A DNA stretch of 64,000 nt from Squalus acanthias (taxonomy: Eukaryota): assembly GCA_030390025.1 (NCBI GenBank), contig JASTWF010000033.1, forward strand, positions 1,552,001 to 1,616,000, read 5' to 3'. Below the pieces are notes generated by a model. That model was not told the origin of the DNA. It ran no database searches and saw nothing but the letters and a program-made list of their open reading frames with translations. This document shows positions 25,256 to 39,200 of the stretch, in pieces; position 1 is the stretch's first letter; the number at the start of each line of letters is the position of its first letter. The translations under genes were made by a program, and so were the position numbers.

Positions 25256-25992
25256 GGCCCAAAAATTAGTGCCGCTACGCGAGAGTACGCACTGCGTACT
25301 CTCGCGTATTCTGTCTCCAATTGCCGGTTTTCTGCATGCACTGCGCATGCGCTGAAAACCGGCACTTGGTGAATGGAAAAGGGGGCGGGTCCTAGGTGAA
25401 CCGCGTGCGCGCTACAGGCTGCGCGCACGCTGTGCACTTAGTGCTTTGGACGCGCAGGTAAGTACGGAAGATTTTAGACATAAAAAAAGGAGGAGTAAGA
25501 CCCACTTTTAACAAGGTAAGTAGTGAATTATTTTGCGTGAATTTTTTTTAACAGGCATATCTTTTTTAGAGACTTTAAAGACAGGTAAGTTTATTTTTAT
25601 AACTTTTTAAAAGATTTTAAATTTTTTCAAAAATTAAATTTTTTATTTAAAATGGTTAATTTATTTAACTATACTTATTTTATTAATGTGATGGTTTTTA
25701 AAAAAAAATAATTGAGGTTTAGCTGTTTTTGGGGGGGTATAGTATTCATAGCTTTCACAGCCATGCTGTGAAAGTTATGAATGGAAGATGGTGTGCTGCC
25801 ATTGGCTCTAACTGAGTCACGTGATCCCACAGCTCGCACGAATTAACTACGCCGGTGGGATACGCAAGCCCAGCACGGCAGCTGTCCAGAACATCAAGTT
25901 CGTGCGAGCTGGAACTGAAAAAGCCAACGCGCAGTGAGAGATCGCGGGGAAGCCTTACCTCGCACGAAGGCTTCCTCACGATTTTTTGGGCC
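25256..25992. mobile_element. Non-autonomous TIR element (MITE), second copy
   Basis: Termini ggcccaaaaatt / attttttgggcc with aat on both sides; colinear with 14420-15180. Confidence 0.75.
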
Positions 25993-27414
25993 AATATCTC
26001 CTCAGCATCATAGATCTATCTCGGCCTATTCTATTGCTGAGATCTCCAACCATTGGCTTTACACATGTTCTCACTCTACAGAGCCACAATAACCACTTCA
26101 TGTAGTGCTGTTGTCTGCGTGACTGACCATGTTTTGGATCCGTTCCTCAGAGTAACTTCATCGCGCACAGAACATGCTGGTTGCTTCATGTACAACGCGT
26201 CACTCCTGCAAACACAGCGATATCTCAGGATCCTACAGTGCCAGACATCCGATACAAGCCATTCCAGTCGCTTCTGGCTATCAATCAATGGATCGGGGGT
26301 CGGTCGGTGTTTGATTAGGACCGCCTTTGCATGGTTCCGATGTTTCGCGTATTTCTCAGGCTATCAAGTATATTATTTTTTTTCTTCTTCTAAAGCAAGG
26401 ACACAACCATCTCCAAGAGAAAACTAGCAATTACCCAACTTCACTACAGTGTCCTGACTTTCACTAGACTGTGCATTGATACCAGACTCATATCTTTGGT
26501 GAGTCGAACCCAGGTGGTTTACATTAAGAAGGGATGGGACAGGATAGATGGAAGCGAAACCTTCCGTTAATTCAAAGATCAAGAACTAACGGCCAGAGAT
26601 AAAATGATAAATGTAAGAGGTTCAGAACTAAAGGCAGGAGAAGCCTCTTTACATGGAGAATTGTGAGACTGTGGATATAATGGAGGCAGAAGTTATATGA
26701 ATATTGAAGTTTAAATTCCATATGTGGCTGAATGTAAATAGGTTGAAGGGATGTTGAGACCGTGTGGGTGAAGTCATTGGAACTATTTGCTCCGGTGGAG
26801 GGTAAAAGTCGGCAATAACTGATTGGGTCGAATGGACTGTTATAACATTCCAACAGTGTGATGACCAGTTGAGATTTTCAGTAATTATCTGTGAACAAAG
26901 TTGTCTAATGTCACATTGACGAGCCAATTCCTACTGTCTCCATCATTAGACACTGGTCAGGAGGCAGGGCCCCGTTCTATTGGTCCCGGAGACAATGGGG
27001 GGCGGAGTCTGATGGGGAGACCAGCGCCTGCAACATTCAACACCAAGATTACAGAATTGCAGATAACCACCATTGTAACACACTGTTTCTACACTGAAGG
27101 AAACTTTATCTGTTAATTAAACTGGGGCGTCTCATTCCAGTACCTGCGGTGTGAGGCAGGTAAAGCTGACTCCCACATGTTGTACTCCTCTGTTGAAGCT
27201 CAATCATGACTGTTCTCTTTGAATCTTGAGCGGGAAGTGCGCTGTTTTAGCAGGAAAGGGTTATGTTCACCCGGGGAAAGCAGTAGACATCAAACACACG
27301 GCACAAAGTGGGAGAAATGTTTTCTGATACATGTTCCTTCTCACAACAACAATCTGCTTTCGTCCTAACAGAAAGACAGACATTCTAAAATAGAACACGG
27401 GCTATAATTTAACT

Positions 27415-28346
27415 CTAGTTAGGACAGGAAGCTCTGCTTTGACTTTTCACTTTTTTAACCATTATCCGAACAAATGCCCAAGGAGAATTCACCAGCTTCT
27501 TCAGCTCTTCCCTGAATTTAGTTTGTGTAGCTGCATAAATACACGTGTTTGTACAGGAGCTCAAATACATCAGCAGATATCCGGTTTCAGTGGCGATGTA
27601 AGCAGGCGATATGTAATCGCCTCGGTGAAGCACGGCTAGGTTGTTAACTATAAAACTCACGGCAGACGTCAGCCACAACAATACAAAACTGCCCGATACT
27701 GTGAACAGTAAAATAATGGATTTCCTTCTGTTCTCTATCTCTGGATCGCTCTGATTGTCACTGCTGTGACCCCGGAGTCTCCTGCGGGCTCTACTGGCCA
27801 CTAAAATACGCCTGACTGTCAAACAATTAAGCAGTAATATCAAAACAAAAGGAAGCCACGTAATGAAAATATTTTCTAAGCGGAAGTAGGCTGCACCTGC
27901 AGGCGATGAAAAAAAGGCCGCACTGGGGCGGAAACCCCAGGGAACATTGTTGATTATTTGTTTGTGTTCATATGCAAACCAAAATGGGATGTTCTCTAAA
28001 TAAACCAGGACAGAGACCGTTGTTATAACCGCGGCCGCAGTTCTCACTGTGCAATACTTTGTTTTAAACTTCTGACAACATATAGCAATAAAACGGTCAA
28101 ATGTGAAGGAGACGGTAAACCACACCGACATATCCAAGTTGGCACTACACATATACATAATGAACTTACAAACAGCAGTGTAGGACAGGAATGAATATGG
28201 GAAGTGTTTACTGAAAATGTGATATAGGATTACATTGACGATCATGACCAGTAGATCTGCTGTTGCCATGGCCACCATGTAGACAGAGATACATTTGGAA
28301 AGACCGCATTTTCCTCTGGAGAGAATCACCATTGTCAATAGGTTCG
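27415..28346 (-). CDS. GPR139-like: GPR139-like class A GPCR, exon 2 (TM1 end to stop)
   Basis: Open frame ANLLTMVILSRGKCGLS...MATADLLV...FTFDRFIAIC...RRKSIILLF...SSCTNTCIY. Acceptor ctttcttacag at 28347. Confidence 0.92.
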
Positions 28347-29855
28347 CTGTAAGAAAGAGGGACAAGAGTAAGTAATGGGGACACTCGGATAAATCTTACA
28401 TCGTATTGTGAGATTAACCGATGTTTTCCTACTGAGGGTTATGCACACGTTATTATATAGACGAACATTAACAATAGACCTTTTCAAACGAAAGTAATCA
28501 TTAAACACTCAATATCGAGGGACTGAAAATACTCCGTCCTTCCAGCACGCTTCATTCAGACTGTTTCAAGTTGGTGGGTAGGGGTGGATGCTGGGAGGGT
28601 AGCTCGTATTCAGTATCGGCAATGGTAACGGATAGCGACCCCAACACCACCGACAACCAGGCACTGATGGCTGAACGGAGGGGAAGGTTGACTTTGGGCG
28701 ACAGTGTAAAACGGGCGACAATGGATCAGCCGACCATGATACATCTCTTCTGAATCAATCTCCATCACTATCGCCACTGACACTATATTCATGCATGAAA
28801 ACAGAACATTCTGGAAATACACAGCAGGTCAAGCATTATCTGTGTAGAGGAAAGCAAAGTTTACGTTTCATGTTGAAACCTTTCGTCAGAAATCCATTGA
28901 GGCTCCATTCACACTTTAACGGTGCGGTCCAAGCCATACCGCAGTACCTCGCAGGGACGGTCCAGTTACAGATAAAAGTCCCTTAAAGGGCAACCTTTGA
29001 CGGTTCTGTAACTTGTTAATTTTCACAGTCAATAATGAAGCGGATTCCCTTACATATATCCAAACATACATTCCATTGCAGTGTGGAGCACGGAAACCAT
29101 CCCGCCATGAGGCTGGGACCATGTGATGCACCGAGCCAATTTGATGAGTTACGACAGCGGCACCAGGGAGCAATCGATGGAATTTTACATTTAATCTCAT
29201 CGGTTTCATTGGCGAGGGGCATCTCGGGAGCGGCATCAGATGTCAGCTCTATTCAATATAATTTACAAACAATTACTGGAAAGATATGAATTTAAATAAT
29301 ACATTCAGCAGAGAAACAAACATTCGATGTAGGTCGAAACTCTGCGCTTTTTCTATTTATTGTCGCCTCGAGGAATCTGCTCGGTAACAGAGCGGGAGCT
29401 GGTGGAGCTGCGAAGGTTATTTGCAGCCAAGGGGAGGGGAACAGCTCCCTGAGCGGCAATTATTGCTCCAAATATCTTTCACCGTCCTCTGATGGGTGGA
29501 GGTGGTTGCAGTACAATGAATTATCAACCTTAAGTAGACAGGAAACAACGGTACAGATGAAATGATTACCATGGACACTAAGCAACACATTCTTTAATGA
29601 TCTATGTACTGTTGGAGGGGCCGGGGAATCAGCCTCGCCCTCCCTCAGTATAGGGAGGAAAGTTGAGCTTTCGGTGGCCAGGATCGCGCGACCAGAGCAG
29701 CGCCTCAGCGACCGCGCTGACTGGTAGGATTCCCGCTGATTTTCACCGACTTATCCCGGTGGATAATTGACTCTGCAATTAGGACATTCTCGGAATCTGT
29801 TACGTTAACACTGAGATAGTCAACAGCTATTAGACAACAGAATATATTAACTTAC

Positions 29856-29925
29856 CGGGTGCCCCAAAGGTTGCGAGAATAGGGTAGTAAATGTTCCTTA
29901 TTTGTAGAATTGTTGGCAGTTCCAT
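29856..29925 (-). CDS. GPR139-like: GPR139-like class A GPCR, exon 1
   Basis: ATG at 29925 gives MELPTILQIRNIYYPILATFGAP-G|gtaagt. The phase-1 donor joins exon 2 in frame (70+932=1002 nt, 333 aa). The IYYP..L..G.PAN pattern is typical of GPR139/142-like receptors. Confidence 0.88.
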
Positions 29926-30001
29926 TTTAAAAAACTGTGCGAAATCTGTCCAGCTTTACCGTTCGGACTGCAGTGTTACTGAGATCGGTAAATACTCCTC
30001 A

Positions 30002-30007
30002 TTTATA
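30002..30007 (-). promoter_or_regulatory. Candidate TATA box of the GPCR gene
   Basis: TATAAA on the minus strand about 77 nt upstream of the ATG; positional evidence only. Confidence 0.45.
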
Positions 30008-30289
30008 GAACAATCGGTGCTACGGTCAGAAAAAAAAACATCTTACACAATAAGTGGCGTTAGTTACAGTCACTTAACAAACAAGGGGCGATTTTCGGCT
30101 TCAGTGCGTCCCGGCCCGCAGTGGGAAAATTATATGGAAAGTAATCCCAGAGGGAATTTGCCCAGCGCATGGTCCCTTGACGCTGAATGGAACATCCCTC
30201 CTGGACTCTGCGTTAGGCTCTTGAGGTTTCAAATCCATTCGCTGAAAATGTTCCTCATCCATTGCATAAGTTAAATTTGTTTTTTTACT

Positions 30290-33200
30290 GTAATGATACC
30301 TAGTGATGACTCCACTTTAATATTACTGGCAATGATTCATTGCTAACAATACTGGCGATGATTCATCGCTAACATTACTAGTGATGAATCCTCTCTAACA
30401 TTGCTGGCGGTTACCCTACTCTAATATTAATGGCGAGGATGCTACGCTGAGATTAATACTGCTGATCCTATTCTAACGTTACTGGTTATGAACCTATTCT
30501 ACCGTTACTGGTGTTGATTATACTCTAACATTACCGCTGGTAACCCAACACAAAAAAAACTGGTGAGGACCACTCTAACATTATTGCTGGTAAAGTTACT
30601 CTAAAATTACTGATGTTGATCCTACTTGTAATTACTGGGGATGACCCTACTCCAACATAATTGTGGTGATAATACTCTCACATTACTGGTCGTTGACCCT
30701 ACACTAACATTACTGGTGCTGATCCTACACTAACTTTATGGAAGTGAATCTACTCTAAGATTACAGGTCGTCACCCTACTCTAACATTACTGGCGGTGAC
30801 CCTACTCAAAAATAACTGGCGGTGAAACTATCCAACATTACAGGTAGTGACCATACTGTAATATTACTGGTGGGTGCTCTACGCTAATAAGATTGGTAGT
30901 GATTCTACTCTAACATTGATTGTGTTGACTCTACTCTAACATTATTGCTGGTGACCCGAAACTAACTTTACAGGTGGTGACCCAACTCTAACATTATTGG
31001 TGGTGACTCTACTGTAACATCACTGGTGGTGACTCTTCTATACCATTACTGGTGGTGACCCAACTCTAACAATACTGGTGGTGACTCTACATTAACATTA
31101 CTGGTGTTGACCCGACTCTAACATTACTGGTGTTAACCCTAATCTAACATTAATGTTGGTGACCCAACTCTAACATTACTGGTTGTGACCCTATCCTAAC
31201 ATTAATGGTGCTGACTCTACTCAAATATTACTGGCTTAATCATACTTTAACATTACTGGTGGTAAGCCTACTCTAGCATTACTGGTGGTGAAGCCACCCC
31301 AAAATTACTGGTGGTGATCCTATTCTAACATTAATGGTGGTGAAGCCACCCCAAAATTACTGGTGGTGATCCTATTCTAACATTAATGGTGGTGACCATA
31401 CTCAAACATTACTGGTGGTGACCCAACTCTAACATTACTGGTGGTGACACTACAATAACAGTTATGGTGGTGACCCTATTCTAATATTACTGGTGGTGAC
31501 CCAACTCTAACAATACTGGTGGTGACTCTACAATAACATTACTGGTGGTGACCCAACTCTAAAATTACTGGTGGTGGCTCTACAATAACATTACTGGTGG
31601 TGACTCTACAATAACATTACTGGTGGTGACCCTACTCTAACATTGCTGGTGGTGGCTCTACTCTACAATTTCTGCTGGTGTATCAGCTTTAACATTACTG
31701 GTGGTGACTCTACTCTAACATTTCTGGTGGTGACTCTACTCAAACAATTCAGATGGTGACCCTACTCTAACAGAAATGTTGGTGACTCCACTGTAACATT
31801 ACTGGTGGTGACACTACTGTATCATTTCTGGTGGTGTATCTACTCGAACATTACTGGTGGTGACCCTACTTTAACATTACTGATGGTGACCCTACACTAA
31901 CATTAATGGTGGTGACACTCCTTTAACATTATGGTGGTGACTCCACTATAACATTACTGGTGCTGACCCGACTCTAACATTATTGGCGGTGACCCTACTC
32001 AAACATTACTTGTGCTGACTCTACTTTAACATTACTGGTGGTGACCCTACTCTAACATTACTTGTGCTGACTCCACTATAACATTACTGGTGGTGACCCT
32101 ACTCTACCATTACTGGTGGTGACCCTACTCTAACATTACTGGTGGTGACCCTACTGTAAGATTATTGGTGGTGACCCTACTCTACCATTACTGGTGGTGA
32201 CTCTACTTTAACATTACTGGTGGTGACCCTACTCTACCATTACTGGTGGTGACTCTACTTTAACATTACTGGTGGTGACCCTACTCTAACATTACTGGTG
32301 GTGACCCTACTCTAACATTACTGGTGGTGACCCAACTCTAACATTACTGGAGGTGACCCAACTCTAACATTACTGGTGGCGACCCTACTCTAACATTACT
32401 GGTGGTGTCTCTACTGTAACATTACTGGTGGTGTAACTACTATACCATTACTGGTGGTGACCCAACTCTAACATTAATGGAGGTGACCCTAATCTAACAA
32501 TACTGGTGGTGGCTGTACTCTACAATTTCTGGTGGAGTATCTACTCTAACATTACTGGTGGTGACTCTACTCCAACATTACTGGTGGTGACTCTACTCTA
32601 ACAGTACTGTTGTTGACTAAACTGTAACATTACTGTTGGTGACACAACTGTAACATTTCTGGTTGTGTATCTACTCGAACATTACTGGTGATGACTTTAC
32701 TTTAACATTACTGGTGGTGACCCCACACTAACATTACTGTTGTTGACACTACTCTAACATTAATGGTGGTGCCCCTACCTTAACATTACTGGTGGTGACT
32801 CCACTATAGCATTACTGGAGCTGACCCAACTCTAACATTAATGGCTGTGACACAACTCCAGCATTACTGGTGTTGAACCTACTCTAACATGAATGGCGGT
32901 GACTCTGCTATAACATTACTGGGGGTGACCCTACTCTAACATTACTGGTGGTGACCCTACTCTAACATTATTGGTGATGACCCTACTCTAACATTACTGG
33001 TGGTGACCCTACACTAACATTACTGGTGGTGACCCAACTCTAACATTACTGGTGGTGACCCTACACTAACATTACTGCTGGTGACCCTACTCTAACATTA
33101 CTTGTTGTGACCCTATCCTAACATTAATGGTGCTGACTCTACTCAAATATTACTGGTTTAATCATACTTTAAAATTACTGGTGGTAAACCTAATCTAGCA

Positions 33201-36200
33201 TTACTGGTGGTGAAGCCACCCCAAAATTACTGGTGGTGATCCTATTCTAACATTGATGGTGGTGACCATACTCAAACATTACTGGTGTTGATCCAACCCT
33301 AACATTACTGGTGGTTTCCCTACTCTAACATTGCTGGTGGTGGCTCTACTGTACAATTTCTGCTGGTGTATCCGCTTTAACATTACTGGTGGTGACCCTA
33401 CTCTAACAGTAATGTTGGTGACTCCACTGTTACATTACTGGTGGTGACACTACTGTAACATTTGTGGTGGTGTATCTACTCGAACATTACTGGTGGTGAC
33501 CCTACTTTAACATTACTGATGTTGACCCTACAATAATATTAATGGTGGTGACACTCCTTTAACATTATGGTGGTGACTCCACTATAACATTACTGGTGGT
33601 GACCCGACTCTAATATTATTGGCGGTGACTCTACTCAAACATTACTGGTGGTGTCTCTACTTTAACATTACTGGTGGTGACCCTACTCGAACATTACTGG
33701 TGGTGACACTACTCTAACATTACTGGTGGTGACCCTACTCTAACATTACTGGTGCTGACTCTACTCTAACATTAGTGGTGGTGACCCTACTCTAACATTA
33801 TTGGTGGTGACCCTACTCTACCATTACTGGTGCTGACTCTACTTTAACATTACTGGTGGTGACCCTACACTACCATTACTGGTGGTGACCCTACACTACC
33901 ATTACTGGTGGTGACCCTACTCTAACATTACTGGTGGTGAGTCTACTCTAACATTACAGGTGGTGACCCTACTCTAACATTACTGGTGGTGACTCTACTC
34001 TAACATTACGGGTGGTGACCCTCCGTTAACATTACTAGTGGTGACTCTACTGTAACATTACTGGTGGTCTCTACTCTAACATTACTGGTGGTGACGCTAC
34101 TTTAACATTAATGGTGGTGACTCCACTCTAACATTACTGGTGGTGAACCTCCGTTAACATTACTAGTGGTGACTCTACTCTAACATTACTGGCGTTGACT
34201 CTACTCCAGTATTAATGGTGTTGACTCCACTCTAACATTACTGGTGGTGACCCTCCGGTAACATTACCAGTGGTGACCCTACTCTAACATTACTAGTGGT
34301 GACTCTACAATAACATTTCTGGTGTTGACTCTACTCTAACATTACTGGTGGTGAAGCTACTATATTATTAATCGTGATGTCTCTACTCCAATATTACTGG
34401 TGGTGACCCTACTGTAACATTACCGGTGGTGACACTACTCTACAATTTCTGGTGGTGTACCTGCTCTAACATTACTTGTGGTGAATCTACTGTATCATTA
34501 TTGGTGGTGACTCTACTCTGACATTACTGGTGGTGACTCTACTCTAACATTACTGGTGGTGACTCTACAATAACATTACTTGTGGTGACACTACTCTAAC
34601 ATTACTGGGGCGACCCTACTCTAACATTGATGCTGGTGGCACTACTCTACAATTTCTGGTGTTGTATCTGCTCTAACATTACTGGTGGTGAACCTCCGTT
34701 AACATTACTAGTGGTGACTCTACTCTAACATTACTGGCGTTGACTCTACTCCAATATTAATGGTGTTGACTCCACTCTAACATTACTGGTGGTGACCCTC
34801 CGGTAACATTACCAGTGGTGACTCTACTCTAACATTACTGGTGGTGACCCTACACTACCATTACTGGTGGTGACCCTACTCTAACATTACTGGTGGTGAG
34901 TCTACTCTAACATTACAGGTGGTGACCCTACTCTAACATTACTGGTGGTGACTCTACTCTAACATTACGGGTGGTGACCCTCCGTTAACATTACTAGTGG
35001 TGACTCTACTATAACATTACTGGTGGTCTCTACTCTAACATTACTGGTGGTGACGCTACTTTAACATTAATGGTGGAGACTCCACTCTAACATTACTGGT
35101 GGTGAACCTCCGTTAACATTACTAGTGGTGACTCTACTCTAACATTACTGGCGTTGACTCTACTCCAATATTAATGGTGTTGACTCCACTATAACATTAC
35201 TGGTGGTGACCCTCCGGTAACATTACCAGTGGTGACTCAACTCTAACATTACTAGTGGTGACTCTCCAATAACATTACTGGTGTTGACTCTACTCTAACA
35301 TTACTGGTGGTGAAGCTACTATATTATTAATCGTGATGTCTCTACTCCAATATTACTGGTGGTGACCCTACTGTAACATTACCGGTGGTGACACTACTCT
35401 ACAATTTCTGGTGGTGTACCTGCTCTAACATTACTTGTGGTGAATCTACTGTATCATTATTGGTGGTGACTCTACTCTGACATTACTGGTGGTGACTCTA
35501 CTCTAACATTACTGGTGGTGACTCTACAATAACATTACTGGTGGTGACCCAACTCTAACATTACTGGTGGTGACTCTACAATAACATTACTTGTGGTGAC
35601 CCTACTCTAACATTACTGGGGCGACCCTACTCTAACATTGATGCTGCTGGCACTACTCTACAATTTCTGGTGTTGTATCTGTTCTAACATTACTGGTGGT
35701 GAACCTCCGTTAACATTACTAGTGGTGACTCCACTCTAACATTACTGGCGTTGACTCTACTCCAATATTAATGGTGTTGACTCCACTCTAACATTACTGG
35801 TGGTGACCCTCCGGTAACATTACCAGTGGTGACTCTACTCTAACATTACTAGTGGTGACTCTACAATAACATTACTGGTGTTGACTCTACTCTAACATTA
35901 CTGGTGGTGAAGCTACTATATTATTAATCGTGATGTCTCTACTCCAATATTACTGGTGGTGACCCTACTGTAACATTACCGGTGGTGACACTACTCTACA
36001 ATTTCTGGTGGTGTACCTGCTCTAACATTCCTGGTGGTGAATCTACTGTATCATTATTGGTGGTGACTCTACTCTAACATTACTGGTGGTGACTCTACAA
36101 TAACATTACTGGTGGTGACCCAACTCTAACATTACTGGTGGTGACTCTACAATAACATTACTGGTGGTGACCCAACTCTAACATTACTGGTGGTGACTCT

Positions 36201-39200
36201 ACAATAACATTACTTGTGGTGACCCTACTCTAACATTACTGGGGCGACCCTACTCTAACATTGATGCTGGTGGCACTACTCTAACATTACTGGTGTTGTA
36301 TCTGCTCTAACATTACTGGTGATGACTCTACTTTAACATTACTGGTGCTGACCCGACTCTAACAATACTGGTCGTGACCCTACTCTAACATTACTGGTGC
36401 TGACTCTACTCTAACATTACTGGTGGTGACCCTACTCTAACATTACTGCTGGTGAATCTACTCTAACATAACTTGTGGTGACTCTACTCCAACATTACCG
36501 TTTCTGACCCTCCATTAACATTACTAGTGGTGACTCTACTGTAACATTAATGGTGTTGACTCTACTCAAACATTACTGCTGGTGACACTACTCTAACATT
36601 ACTGGTGGTGACCCTACTCTAACATTACTGCTGGTGAATCTACTCTAACATAACTTGTGGTGACTCTACTCTAACTTTACCGTTTCTGACCCTCCATTAA
36701 CATTACTAGTGGTGACTCTACAATAACATTACTGGTGTTGACTCTACTCTAACATTACTGGTGGTGAAGCTACTGTATTATTAATCGTGATGTCTCTACT
36801 CCAATATTACTGATGGTGACCCTACTGTAACATTACCGATGGTGACACTACTCTACAATTTCTGGTGGTGTACCTGCTCTAACATTCCTGGTGGTGAATC
36901 TACTGTATCATTATTGGTGGTGACTCTACTCTGACATTACTGGTGTTGACTCTGCTCTAACATTACTGGTGGTGACTCTACAATAACATTACTGGTGGTG
37001 ACCCAACTCTAACATTACTGGTGGTGACTCTACAATAACATTACTGGTGGTGACCCAACTCTAACATTACTGGTGGTGACTCTACAATAACATTACTTGT
37101 GGTGACCCTACTCTAACATTACTGGGGCGAACCTACTCTAACATTGATGCTGGTGGCACTACTCTACAATTTATGGTGTTGTATCTGCTCTAACATTACT
37201 GGTGATGACTCTACTTTAACATTACTGATGGTTACCTTACATTAACATTAATGGTGGTGAACCACCTTTAACGTTATGGTGGTGACTCCACTATAACACT
37301 ACTGGTGCTGACCCGACTCTAACATTATTGGTGGTGACACTACTCTAACAATACTGGTCGTGACCCTACTCGAACATTACTGGTGCTGACTCTACTCTAA
37401 CATTACTGGTGGTGACCCTACTCTAACATTACTGCTGGTGAATCTACTCTAACATAACTTGTGGTGACTCTACTCTAACATTACCGTTTCTGACCCTCCA
37501 TTAACATTACTAGTGGTGACTCTACTGTAACATTAATGGTGTTGACTCTACTCAAACATTACTGCTGGTGACACTACTCTAACATTACTGGTGGTGACTC
37601 CACTGTAACATTACTGGTGCTGACACGAATCTAACATTATTGGTGGTGACACTACTCTAACATTACTGGTGGTGACTCTGCTGTAACATTACTGGTGGTG
37701 ACCCTACTCTAACATTACTGGTGGTGACCCTACTCTAACATTACTGGTGGTGACCCGACTCTAACATTACTGGTGGTGAGTCTACGCTAACATTACTGCT
37801 GGTGACTCTACTCTAACATTACTTGTGGTGACTCTACTCTAACATTACTGGTTGTGACCCTACTCTAACATTACTGGTGTTGACCCTACTCTAACATTAC
37901 TGGTCGTGACCCTACTCTAACATTTCTGGTTGTGACCCTCCGTTAACATTACTGGTGCTTACTCTGCTCTAACATTACTGGTGGTGACCCTACTCTAACA
38001 TTATTGGTGGTGACACTACTCTAACATTACTGATCGTGACCCTACTCTAACATTACTGGTGGTGAGTCTACTCTAACATTACTGCTGGTGACTCTACTCT
38101 AACATTACTTGTTGTGACTCTACTCTAACATTACTGGTGGTGAGTCTACTCTAACATTACTGCTGGTGACTCTACTCTAACATTACTTGTTGTGACTCTA
38201 CTCTAACATTACTGGTGGTGACGCTCCTCTAACATTAATGGTGGTGAATCTACTCTAACATTACTGGTGGTGACCGTACTCTATCATTACTGGTGGTGAC
38301 ACTACACTAACGTTACTGCTGGTGACTCTACTCTAACATTAATATTGGTGAGCCTACTTTAACATTACTGGTGCTGACTCTACTCTAACATTAATCGTGG
38401 TGACTCTACTCCAGTATTACAGGTGGAGACCCTACTCTAACATTACTGATAGGGGCTCTCCTCTAAAATTTCTGTTGGTATATTTGCTCTAACATTACTG
38501 GTCGTGACTCTACTCTGACATTACTGGTGGTGAAGCTACTATAACATTAATCGTGATGACCCAACTCTAACATTAATGGTGGTGACTCTACTCTAACATT
38601 ATTGGTGGTGACCCTCCGTTAACATTACTAGTGGTGACTCTACTATAACATTACTGGTGGTGCATCTACTCCAATATTACTGGTGGTGACCCTACTCTAA
38701 CATTACTGTTGGTGACACTACTCTATCATTACTGGTGGTGACACTACTATACAATTTCTGGTGGTCTACCTGCTCTAACATTACTGGTGGTGAATCTACT
38801 GTATAATTATGGTGGTGACTCTACTCTGACATTACTGGTGGTGACCCTACTATAACATTACTGGTGGTGTCCCTACTCCAACATTAATCGTGGTGACTCT
38901 ACTCCAGTATTACTGGTGGAGACCCTACCATAACATTACTGGTGGGGGCTCTACTCTAAAATTTCTGGTGGTGTATCTGCTCTAACATTGCTGGTGGTGA
39001 CTCTACTGTAACATTTCAGGTGGTGACCCTACTCTAACATTAATGTTGGTGACTCCACTGTAACATTACTGGTGGTGACACTACTGTAACATTTCTGGTG
39101 ATGTATCTGCTCGAACATTACTGGTGGTCACCCTACTCTAACATTACTGGTGATGACTCTACTTTAACATTACTGGTGGTGATCCTACAGTAACATTACT

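Noticed and set aside
28347..28365. ORF-track start MSLFLT for the GPCR
   Set aside because: This is the intron's polypyrimidine tract; the ATG is in exon 1 at 29925.
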